Assembly (NCBI GenBank): GCA_036172245.1
Contig: JAYWIR010000001.1
Location: 11,408,001-11,472,000, forward strand
Reading direction: 5' to 3'
DNA: 64,000 nt
DNA from: Raillietiella orientalis
Lineage: Eukaryota
Shown: positions 26,301 to 35,699 of the stretch, in pieces
Position numbering within the stretch: the first letter of the stretch is position 1
Layout of the letters: every line of letters begins with the position of its first letter
Notes under the pieces: model-generated
Told to the model about the DNA's origin: nothing
Databases searched by the model: none
Seen by the model: the letters and a program-made list of their open reading frames with translations, nothing else
Made by a program: the position numbers and the translations under genes

Positions 26301-29300
26301 TTCGTGTGTTTCGAAAGCTTTCCCATTAATTTGGTGTGAGAACGAATCCGCACTTCCAGACGTATGTAGTGGTCCGGATTTTTTCTAATCAACAAAGGGT
26401 ACAGTTGCATAGTTTTCAAGATCTTTGTTCCGTGGTTTGTATGCATTGGCTTTAATGATGGTGTGTCATGTAAGTCTTCAAACACGGCGCGTTGGGAAGT
26501 GAAACCAGTCCTTGTGTGTATTTGAAATCATCAGTCAGCGTAATCAAATAGTTCTTTCCACATTAAAGTATGGTCAATTTTAGGCAGCCTGAATTCGAGG
26601 GAGAATGCGGACAATGTGACATCGTGCTCAGTTAAAGATGAAGTTTCCATACCCTCCTCTTTGCCAAGTGATTTTGACGGTATGTGTGAAGTTGACTTTT
26701 ATTGAAGTTGTATTGATGGTAAAATTAGTGCACTGCGTTTCTAATCCGTGCTTTGATCTGTTTAGCCAAAGCTTCGTTTTCCAAAAAAACAAAAAAATAT
26801 TAATAAAAAGTAATGTGGTTCTCGTTAGCTTTATCTGGTAACATATATAGTAAAGCCTTTTTCCCTATTGGACAACTGAGTTTTGTGGAGCACTATTAAA
26901 TACTAAATAAGGAACGCATGAGTTTGATAATATTTTGTAGAATACAGTTATATTGTATCTTGGACATCATTACAGTAAGACGGATAACTTAACCGTGATT
27001 AGAATTTTTTCAAATATTCTATGCGTATGAAACGGATCCATAGTTACTGTTTCTTTTTTCTATTTTGTTTTCATACTATTTTGACTTTTATTTGTTCAGT
27101 TATTTGTTCACCTTTGGTTAAGATGCACCTATGTTTTGGTCCCTAATGGAATAACAGTGTATCTGATGAAAATCTTTGCAACCAGTGGTGATTTCATATG
27201 CCAAAAAAACATCTTTCAGATCCCTCTGTACCACTGTCAGCCCTTTCTTCCCTCGCAGGAAGCTGTTCCTTGCCTTCCCAAGAAACTATGCCAATCATGC
27301 CTGGCGTTTGTCATATTAACAAGCAACCTTCAACACTTGAAGCTCAATACATGCAACAGCAAAGCCAGATCTTTGTATTCACAACAAGTTTAGCTAATAA
27401 AGCTGCAGAGTTTGTTCTTCGAGGACAGTTTCCATCAATCATAGCATTTCATTGTTCTACACCGCAAACTAAAAAATTTTTAGAGGTATGTTACTGCACT
27501 TCGTAAAAATCATAGCATTTTATTGTTTTGTAGAAATATCCTCTGAAAGCAAATCAGTTTAATAGACAGTGTCATGCCCATTGGTTTAATGCATATAACC
27601 ATTTAAAGAATCAAAAAGGTGGAACTATGAAAAATATGCCAAGTCCCTCTGTTGGGATGAGTGCACCATGTCTTTCATCTCCAATAATACCTGAATATGG
27701 TCCAGCTTCTTTGCCAGGATCTCAATGGAACCAGGTAATATTGAAACTGTCCTGTACACCATTACTACATTCTGTTAGGCATGTGATAATATGGGTAATT
27801 TGAATCCCATGATGAATAGTTCTGGTGCCTTAAGACCCATGACTTCTGGTAATATTGCTTCAACTACCAATATCTTAGGAAACGTGGCAACTCCTGGTAA
27901 TAGTCCGATTATGCCCAACTGCTCGGGTGGTAGCCCTCTCGTTGGAGCACCTGGTATTATATTTCATAAAGAATGTAAACACTGTAACAGTTGAATAGCT
28001 TTGGGCAGGTCAGGTATGGGAGGTTCAGCTGCAGCCACTCCTGGTAGTCCAATGATGGTTTCATCGCCCATGATGCCTTGTAATTCAGCTGGTATGCTAG
28101 TCTGAATATCCGAGACTCATTAATACTTGTTACACAGGTACACCAACATCACAGATGATCAGTTCAGTTGGTTCTCCACTCATGGGCAATCCCATGATGA
28201 ATAACTCCAATCAGCTGAGTGGATCTCCAGCTTTGAGTGGTGAGTATGGGTGTGAAATGCTAGTATTGTCTGTATGGTATTCCTTGTTTTGCTCTGTCCT
28301 ATTTTGGTGGCTGAGGTAAGGCAGCTGCTGCTGCTGCTGTCCAGCTGGCCACATGCTGTCTTATTTGCTGCAGATGCCATAAAGATCATAGGTGACTCAA
28401 TTTCAGGTGGCACAAAAGCGGCATACAAATGTGAACACTGCAATGCTGTCTACCGGACCAAGTCCTGGCTTGAAAAACACAGCAAAAAGCACGCAATTGA
28501 GGCAGGTGAGGACAGCAGACACTGCAGCAGTGCCTCCCGCCTTCATTTCCCTGACGTCTGTGTGGTGGCGTGGGTGTGCTCACACAGTACCAAAGACCAT
28601 CCACCATTCAGCTCACCTTGCTTTTAGGGTCAAAGGTTCCTGATGACAATCTGACACCTCAACAACGACAGCATCGAGAAGAGCAACTTGCCACCTTACG
28701 CAAGATGCAGCAAATGCTATTTCCCGAACAGCAGAGTCCTGGCGGCATGATTAGTTCCAATGGCCAGACCATAGTCTCACCAACATCATCCGGAAGTGTC
28801 ATGATGGGGCAGAGTAATATGTTAGTTGGTCCCAACATGGCTGACGGCCAGAAGGTCATCATGCAGTCCAGTATGTTGATGGGTCCGTCTTCCAACAACA
28901 TGAATTCATCTCCTGTAGCAGCACAAGTCGAATGGCATAAATTGCAGCACGAGTTTTATGAAGAACGGCGCAGGAAAACGCCATGTGGTGGACCAATGGG
29001 TAAGACTTTGAAGGGGCGGAGGGAATGATCGATACTTGTAATGCTTTTCATACCTAGGTGACACCATGCCCACCAATGGAATGTTTGGTCGAACCCTACA
29101 GTCATATGCCCAACAAAAGCAACAGCAGATACCTGGTGGCATGCCAATGGGCAACAAGGAACCTAATTTAATGCCTGTCCCATCACCGCAACAAATCCAA
29201 TACCTCAATGCATTTGAAGGACAGGAGCTGACTATTCAAAAACAACCCAACACAAGTCTGCGGGATGCTGATCTCCTCTCACCGACGTGAGTTAAAATTG

Positions 29301-31305
29301 ATTCATTATAATTTCATAACACGCTGTGTGTTGCAGAATTTCTACTGAGAGTAATGCGGGTGGTGAACCCCTAGCATCAACAGGCTTGACAGCACCTCCT
29401 ATTCCTCTAACATCTGCAGAATCAGCTCCTCCAAGATACCCAGGCACCACGCTGCATTCTTCCATTAAATTCCCTAGTCCATCACCCCAAATGCAGCAGC
29501 AAACTGCAACCCTAATGGGAGAGTCCTTGCAGAGACTAGCTAGGGCAGGTACACCTCACCCTCCTGGAATCACAGAAGGAAAATCTTTCCACGGTCCCAG
29601 TCCACAAGCACAGGGCCCGCGAGCTCCAATTATTGACCCTCATATTTCCCGGATCCATGCTCCCAGTCCTCAAGCTGCTCTCATGAATGATATGGGAAAT
29701 CAGCGCTTCCCTGTAAACAGCCCATCTGGTCTAGTAATGGACCCATTGGGACGGTATGCTAACAATGCAAACGTTTTAGTCAGTACAACCCTTCCCATGC
29801 AAAAAATGTCATCTTACTCTGAGTTGTCTCCGTCCAAAATGCCTTTGCTCGAGTGCTCTAATATCCCCATTGGTGTACCCCCGAAGAGCAATGCCAATTG
29901 CGTAAAACTCAATCATTTTGATCCCATTTCATCAATGGCTGATATGACGCAGCAACTGACTACCAATACTCCCATACAGCCGATGGCTTCCAGCTTGCCT
30001 TCATGTGGTGGTGGTGGTGGTGGTGGTGGTGGAGGTGGTGGCGGTGGTAGTGGCGGAAGCAGTGGGAGCAGTGGAGGTGGAGGCAGTAGCAGTGGCTCTG
30101 TGAGCAACTTGCAGATGGTCAATTTCAATAGCAGCATGAATTCCATGCAGAACATGCAACAACAGCAAATGGGTGTGACCACTGGTAGTTCAGCCATGAT
30201 GGGTCAATCAATGGGGAGTATGCATGGTCCTCAGACTGTTAATAACACATATGTGAATGCTACAATGACAATCCAACAAATGAATATCCAGGGAATGCCT
30301 GGTCATGGTCAAGCATATCCTCCCAATATGCTGCCAGGATCTCAGAACATGATTCCTCTTCCTCCATGTTCAAATACTGATCCAAGTGGAAGTTCTGTGA
30401 TTTCAGTGTCTCCAAAGCCTTCTATGGTTCAGTTGATGGGAGGAGGACCGCGAGGAGCCTCACCCAACTTGAATTACGCTCCCAATATGCACTCACAAAG
30501 GATGTTGAGGCCCAATTTTGCCCCTTTCAATAGTGCCAATGTTCAAGTTAAAGCCAGTGCTCCCAACACAATACAGTATTTGCCTGCCCGTGCCCAAAAC
30601 CAAAGTGGGAACCACCGAGATCCCTCCAGTCTAGAGTTTTTACAGCGGTACGCCAACCCCCTCACTAATTTGGATAGCAAAGTACCTACCCATAATCTCC
30701 AATACTTTCCGAATTCCAATCCGTCTACGATTGTTCCTCCTATGGGGAATTCGCAGACCGGAATGTTAGGTGTTGCGGGACATTCTCTCCCGATAAATAA
30801 TTCCATGAGCAACATGAACGGGCCAATGCTAGGGCACGTAAGACCTATGAGTATTGGAATAGGAGCGGCCGTGGGTCCCCGTTGCCAGGGTCCTCCGTCC
30901 GCTTCCATGATACGGGGCGCAAGCCATCCCATGGTGGGTATGTATCCCGGACTCACGAATCCCAACCAGCAGTGTGGTCCGATGAGTGAGACCATGTTCA
31001 TGGCAGGTCCTGGACCCAATCAGATCGTGCCTACCGGTGGTGGCCCAGGCTCGCAGATGTTCATGGCAGGTGCGAAGCCATCCCACATAGGGATCCCAGC
31101 GAATCACGAGTCTCAGCAAATCCTCCCTCCCTTGTGCACAAGCAACTTCAAAGGTTCGACGTTTGTGGGACCTACGACGGCAGATCCAAACTATGCACAG
31201 CAGTTCCACAACTTCCAGCAGCAACTTTATTCTACCAATACTCGCGCGAACCAAATGAACCCTCAATCTTTAGGCGCACCGCAGACATTCTTTGGACCCA
31301 AATAG
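22859..31305 (+). CDS. BCL9: BCL9/Legless homolog (Wnt/beta-catenin transcriptional co-activator), spliced; join(22859..23318,27220..27485,27534..27734,27779..27953,27999..28091,28138..28239,28628..28999,29058..29286,29337..31305), 3867 nt, ~1288 aa
   Basis: HD1 Pygopus-binding motif IFVFTTSLANKAAEFVLRGQFPSIIAFH (27369-27452). HD2 beta-catenin-binding motif DNLTPQQRQHREEQLATLRKMQQMLFPE (28645-28728). HD3 AQVEWHKLQHEFYEERRRK (28921-28977). Arthropod-type blocks KEPNLMPVPSPQQIQYLNAFEGQELTIQKQPNTSL, VQVKASAPNTIQYLP and DPNYAQQFHNFQQQLY. All eight introns are GT-AG with matching phases (1,0,0,1,1,1,1,2). The exon 1 link is the least certain. Confidence 0.93.
27220..27485 (+). CDS. BCL9: BCL9/Legless coding exon 2 (HD1)
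   Basis: Acceptor catctttcag at 27219; LEAQYMQQQSQIFVFTTSLANKAAE...KKFLE; donor GTATGT at 27486. Confidence 0.9.
27534..27734 (+). CDS. BCL9: BCL9/Legless coding exon 3
   Basis: Follows a 48-nt intron; 67 open codons KYPLKANQFNRQ...GSQWNQ; donor GTAATA at 27735. Confidence 0.88.
27779..27953 (+). CDS. BCL9: BCL9/Legless coding exon 4
   Basis: Follows a 44-nt intron ending tctgttag; ACDNMGNLNPMM...GSPLVGAP; phase-1 donor GTATTA at 27954. Confidence 0.82.
27999..28091 (+). CDS. BCL9: BCL9/Legless coding exon 5
   Basis: Follows a 45-nt intron; ALGRSGMGGSAAATPGSPMMVSSPMMPCNSA; 93 nt, phase 1-1; donor GTATGC. Confidence 0.75.
28138..28239 (+). CDS. BCL9: BCL9/Legless coding exon 6
   Basis: Follows a 46-nt intron ending tacacag; GTPTSQMISSVGSPLMGNPMM...SPALS; 102 nt, phase 1-1; donor GTGAGT at 28240. 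Confidence 0.82.
28374..28505 (+). CDS. Candidate alternative (cassette) exon of BCL9/Legless encoding one C2H2 zinc finger
   Basis: Acceptor ttatttgctgcag at 28373 (alternative tttcag at 28406) and donor CAG|GTGAGG at 28506. 132 (or 99) nt, phase 1-1, no stop. Encodes YKCEHCNAVYRTKSWLEKHSKKH (28424-28492). Confidence 0.5.
28628..28999 (+). CDS. BCL9: BCL9/Legless coding exon 7 (HD2 and HD3)
   Basis: Acceptor ttgcttttag at 28627; GSKVPDDNLTPQQRQHREEQLATLRKMQQMLFPE ... EWHKLQHEFYEE; donor GTAAGA at 29000. Confidence 0.93.
29058..29286 (+). CDS. BCL9: BCL9/Legless coding exon 8
   Basis: Follows a 58-nt intron; KEPNLMPVPSPQQIQYLNAFEGQELTIQKQPNTSL; phase-2 donor GTGAGT at 29287. Confidence 0.9.
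29337..31305 (+). CDS. BCL9: BCL9/Legless terminal coding exon 9 (Pro/Gly/Met/Gln-rich, 14-Gly run)
   Basis: Follows a 50-nt intron ending ttgcag; corresponds to ORF 29326..31305; ends QQFHNFQQQLY...FFGPK* (TAG). Confidence 0.93.
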
Positions 31306-31481
31306 TGCAATTGTTACGTTACATTTCGTTCGTCTTCGTGTTAGGTTCTCTCAATTCCGGCTTATGCTCAATCTGATTCTTGTGCCATCGGACCGCCGAA
31401 CGGAGGCGTCGGGGGCTTCACCTCGGACACTTCGTTCCTCTCCTCGTCAGAGCAGTAGTACTTCCCGTGGTCCCAACACAA

Positions 31482-31536
31482 AGTAGTAGCAGTAGCAGCA
31501 GCAGCAGCAGCAGCAGTAGGAGTAGTAGTAGTAGTA
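31482..31536. repeat. (AGT/AGC)n trinucleotide repeat in the presumed BCL9 3' UTR
   Basis: agtagtagcagtagcagcagcagc...agtagtagta. Confidence 0.9.
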
Positions 31537-34500
31537 ACCGAGTTTCTCTTCATCGGACCTCCCCCATTTTTATGTTGTGGTTTTTGCTTCTCTCACAGCT
31601 GGAATCATTCAGTATTTTGCTCAAAGCCAAGCAATAGTTTTTCAGAGCTTATTTTAGATGTGTGACTTTGCTTCTATATATTTGTGTTACTGATATCGAA
31701 CAATATTTATACCAAGATGTTTCCCATATTGAAAAGTTATTTTTGATGGGATTTAAAAGTATTTTAAACCACGAATGGTTTTGTGATAGACAGTATTTAA
31801 GTATGTTAATACGACTAATGATGTAAAGTTTTATTATTTACAGATTTTACATAAATTTTTTAAATAATATACAGCATTTTTTTTTCTTTTTCATTTGCCT
31901 GCTGCTTGTCCCGGAGCAATCATTTGCACACTTGGGTGTATGATAAGATATTGACTCATCGCAAGTTGCGATCCAAAGTGTATAAGTTTCTGTGTATCAA
32001 GTGCTGCGTGCGGTTCCCCGCTGTCTTCTGCGCCAGCTACCGGGGGGGGGGGGAGAGAAGCGTAAGGTGATTATCCTTTCATAAAATGAAACTGGTCGAG
32101 CAAGTAGTTTTTCCGTGTCTATTGATCTGAAGCCCATGCAAAATACCGAAGACGCTCTTGTTTATAAAACGTATCCGATGCGTACACTCGCATGCGTGTA
32201 CATTTGTCTAACCAGCAGTCATCAATAAACCGCTGGTTTATGGTTGTTAATTCTTTTCAGCCTTCTTGCTCCTTTTCCTCTCCCTCTCTCCCTGGAATTA
32301 AAAACAAGAGAGAGGGGGAACACTCCCGTCTGGGGACCCGAGTGTGGCGGAATCAATAGGACATGTATCGGAAGCAGAAGTGTTTGTATTTTCCGCCATC
32401 AGGCTGCTGCGAGTGCAGTCTGCGAAGGCTCTTAGGAGGTTTTCCTCTTCGCTGTGCCTTCTGCGGAGCAGCATTTCGGTCTTATGCCGATGTGCTGCCT
32501 TTCGTCATTCGCCTTGCGGCCGGTTTCGTAAATCCAGTGAAACTTTCGTGCAACATGCAGCAGTTGGCACTCTTGTGACCACCCTCCGCGCATTTCGAAG
32601 AAGAGAACTACCATCTGTGATCACGGAAGCTCCTTTGCCCTCGGCGGTTTTCGCGGGCCAGTTTGGCGCCGTCTTGTTCCTAGCTAACTGATCCTGACCC
32701 TTTTAGTCATGTAGTAGTTGTTGGCTAAGAATCCCTGCGCAGGAGGAGATCAGGACGGTAGTGAGGTGGTCGCAGGGGTATTTCCTTTGGTCCATGCATA
32801 CCGAAAGTGTTTAAAGAGTCGTCTTATGTGTTGGTTCCTGCCAAGTCTCGTGGGAACGGGGGAAGGGATCGTATCGAGGGAACGGGGTTTTCTTGGCGCA
32901 GTCTTAGTCTGAAGGTGAGGAATCGGATACCTGAAGGCACGCTTGTAGAGTCTGTTATTTCGGAGAAGCATAGAGTGTAGCAGTTATTTCCGACGTGCGG
33001 AGGACTCTCTAAAACGTATGTAGGAACGTGAAAAAGTTCCCTCTGAAACGTTAGTGACGTTTGACTATTAAAGTAAGCAAGTGGTTGAGATCTTGCAAAC
33101 TGATGTCTGTTCCCTCCAGCGCAGCAGTTCATCCATCATCTACTCCGTAACTACACCGCCGAGCATGCGTAGACAAAAATTTTGGAAGTGGGGATAAAAG
33201 GTATCGGAAGTGGCGGAAGGGAGCCACCTTCAATTAGGTGTTTGAAATTTTAAAGAAGTTTTCCTTCGAGAGGAAGGTATTTGACATGTGAAAGGAAAAA
33301 AGCAAAGCGTTAGCCACTGCGGGCATGTGAAATGGCTGTGGCAGCCATGCGTTCGTCGGCTGGGCGCTCATTTCCAAGGGAACGAACTACGAGTACTCTG
33401 CTCACCGTTGACAAGTGTTCTTGCGTGTCGAGTGTGTTGGCCAACAAGACGTGTGCGCGGCCGTCGACAGCGCCAAGGCAGGGGGGGGGGGAAATGAAAA
33501 AGAGGAGATACGGCACACAGGTACTTGAAAGTACTCTACAATGCCACCTCGATGGTGACATTTGGAACTTCCCGAATGATAGGTTCGATTCTCCAGGGCA
33601 TTTGTGCATCCGTTGCTATGCAACCCTTCGTCAGATTATGTTGAATTTCGGGTGGTTAATGAGTGAAGAACTTATCTGGTGCACAAGTCTTTCGTCAGGT
33701 TTGTAGACTTTTAAAATAGGCTACGCACCTTTAGGAAGCTTCGTGCCCTACCGATTGTTTGCACATCACCTAAAGAAGGGGTGCGCACAGCGCAATGATA
33801 TTTCTAGAACGCCGGAGTCATCCGAACCAAGCTGTGCGAGAAATTACAAAAATGCCCATTCTTTTTCTGATTCTCTGTAATTTTCACTGTTTGTAAATAT
33901 CTGAGGGGACGCCCTCGACGCAGTCCAAGCGGGCATCCCGGGCAAACACTCTCCGTAGCCAAAATCTTACGCTGACAGGCTACAGCGAACAGCTTCTCAC
34001 GAGACGAGCGCAATGATGGGCCACTGAGTGCAGGGGAGAAAAGAAAACGTGATCCTGCCTCCCGCCCTGAGTGAGTTCGGGCTGATTTCTTCTTTGCTTT
34101 GTCTTTTGCAGGAGATCGATAGGATTGCATCCTTCAAAAACAATGACGCTCGATCTTTCATTCAGGATGGATCGAGAGCCGGATGAAATCTCACCTCCCA
34201 TCTCTTCATTCTGAATCCCAAGTGGATGCGCAAGCCCCGCACGCAAAGACGACACCTGAAACGACGCTGTTACTCGAGTGCGCCTTCATCCGTTCCACTC
34301 AGTGGATCGGTAGCGTTCCGTATAAGTGGATTAGTGGAATTAGCAATCGAAGTTAACTGGATGCACTTCGAAGGAAGTGACAGACAACTTCGATTCCTTT
34401 TGTTACAGCGCATTCGTGGCCTTCGGTGCAAAGAGGCGACCATAAGACGTCTTTCCTCAGGACATCCTCGGGAGCGTTCGCTCCCACGACGAAACCTTTC

Positions 34501-35340
34501 TCCCGAAAACAAAGCCGCCATCTAACGCAGGCGAATCACCTGCACGACCTTCAAGAACACTTTAAGCACTAGCTGGAAATTCATGCAGTTCAGATGGTAA
34601 GCGGACTTGCAGGAGTTGGGAGTTTGACCCGTGTCTACCAGTCCGTGCCCATCGCCGGAAACCGCTCGACGACATCCCGCTGGACGCCCAAAACATCAAG
34701 GAAAACGCGGAAATGAGAACTCGGACCACGTGGCCTGGAGTAGTTTGACTTAGAAAGCAAACGTTCTTGGATATCCGTATCACCTGCGCTCACCCACTTG
34801 TATCTCTGTTCGCGGCGGGCTCGCCCGAAAGAAGTCCCAGCTTCCGAAAGTAAGCAAAGGGATCGCTGCCAAGTGCAGCGGTCTCTTCGCAGCAAAATCA
34901 AGTCCTCATCCACGGAATCTTCAAGGGCGCCGTCGGAAACGAGGAAAACGGAAACCGACCTTGTGAAAGTGGTGGGGTCCCTGGGCAACGCTTAGTGACC
35001 ACTACTTGAGAGGCTTTGCAGATGCTTTGCATTCTTTCCATGCGAGCGAGCGCATCCGCGCGAATGCACCAAGCGCTTCATGCCCCTGCAGCTCGCTTCC
35101 TCCTGTGACCCGGTCTGAACCGAACTGCCGAGAGCAAGGGGTCCACATCATCAAGCGCTGGGATCGTCTGTTCTACTTTTACTGGTGCCTTGGTGGGCTC
35201 AGTCTCCTTCTCGCTGCTTGCTCGGAGCGAACAGTGACACGTGAACATGTAATTTCCTTCCCCACAACCTCGCAGAAAGCCCGAACACTTGTGTCGATGC
35301 CAGCAGATAAAAGAAACCAGATACCACCAGCATAAAATCC

Positions 35341-35535
35341 GCGACAAGAATTCCGTGGCAGGCAGCGACCGTTGTGATGATCCACGAAGGATCCACTCCT
35401 CTGAATCGCCAAGAGGTACAGGAACCGCAGCAGCAACGTGCAAGCAGGGTGGAGTAGGCGACCAGAACTCCGCCCCAAGCAGCAGCTGCTGCGAGGATCC
35501 ACTAAGGATCCACTCCTCTGCTTCGTCAAGCGCTA
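35341..35535 (+). repeat. Diverged tandem repeat, ~117-nt unit
   Basis: gcgac.agaa.tccg...gatccac.aaggatccactcctctg..tcg.caag at ~35341 and ~35458. Confidence 0.8.
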
Positions 35536-35558
35536 AAGGAGCGATGGGGTGTCCGTAT

Positions 35559-35596
35559 CACTGCAAGCAAGGATTATATAATCCTTGCTTGCAGTG
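35559..35596. repeat. Perfect 38-bp palindrome
   Basis: CACTGCAAGCAAGGATTAT|ATAATCCTTGCTTGCAGTG. Confidence 0.95.
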
Positions 35597-35699
35597 CAGC
35601 GTAGAGTTTTCAGGACGGAACGGAGCGAGCTGCAAAGAACCCTTGGGTGGGCTTCCTTCAGGTCGCGCTCGGGGAGCGCCGAGCGTACGTGGAGGTTGA

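Noticed and set aside
28274-28627. Independent single-exon 117-aa zinc-finger gene nested in the intron
   Set aside because: No room or signals for its own promoter or poly(A) site, and the flanks of the finger look non-coding. A cassette exon or inserted fragment explains it better.
29326-29336. GTG start for a standalone 659-aa protein
   Set aside because: Lies in a 50-nt intron; the ORF is the last exon of BCL9, starting at 29337.
30543-31266. Antisense ORFs over BCL9 exon 9 (also 22774..23184 over exon 1)
   Set aside because: Typical reverse-frame shadows of a real coding exon.
32224-32229. AATAAA as the BCL9 poly(A) signal
   Set aside because: Plausible, but an AT-rich stretch near 31850-31870 is an equally likely 3' end; undecidable without transcript data.
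35341-35535. CRISPR-like array
   Set aside because: Only two diverged units, no unique spacers, no cas genes, eukaryotic context.
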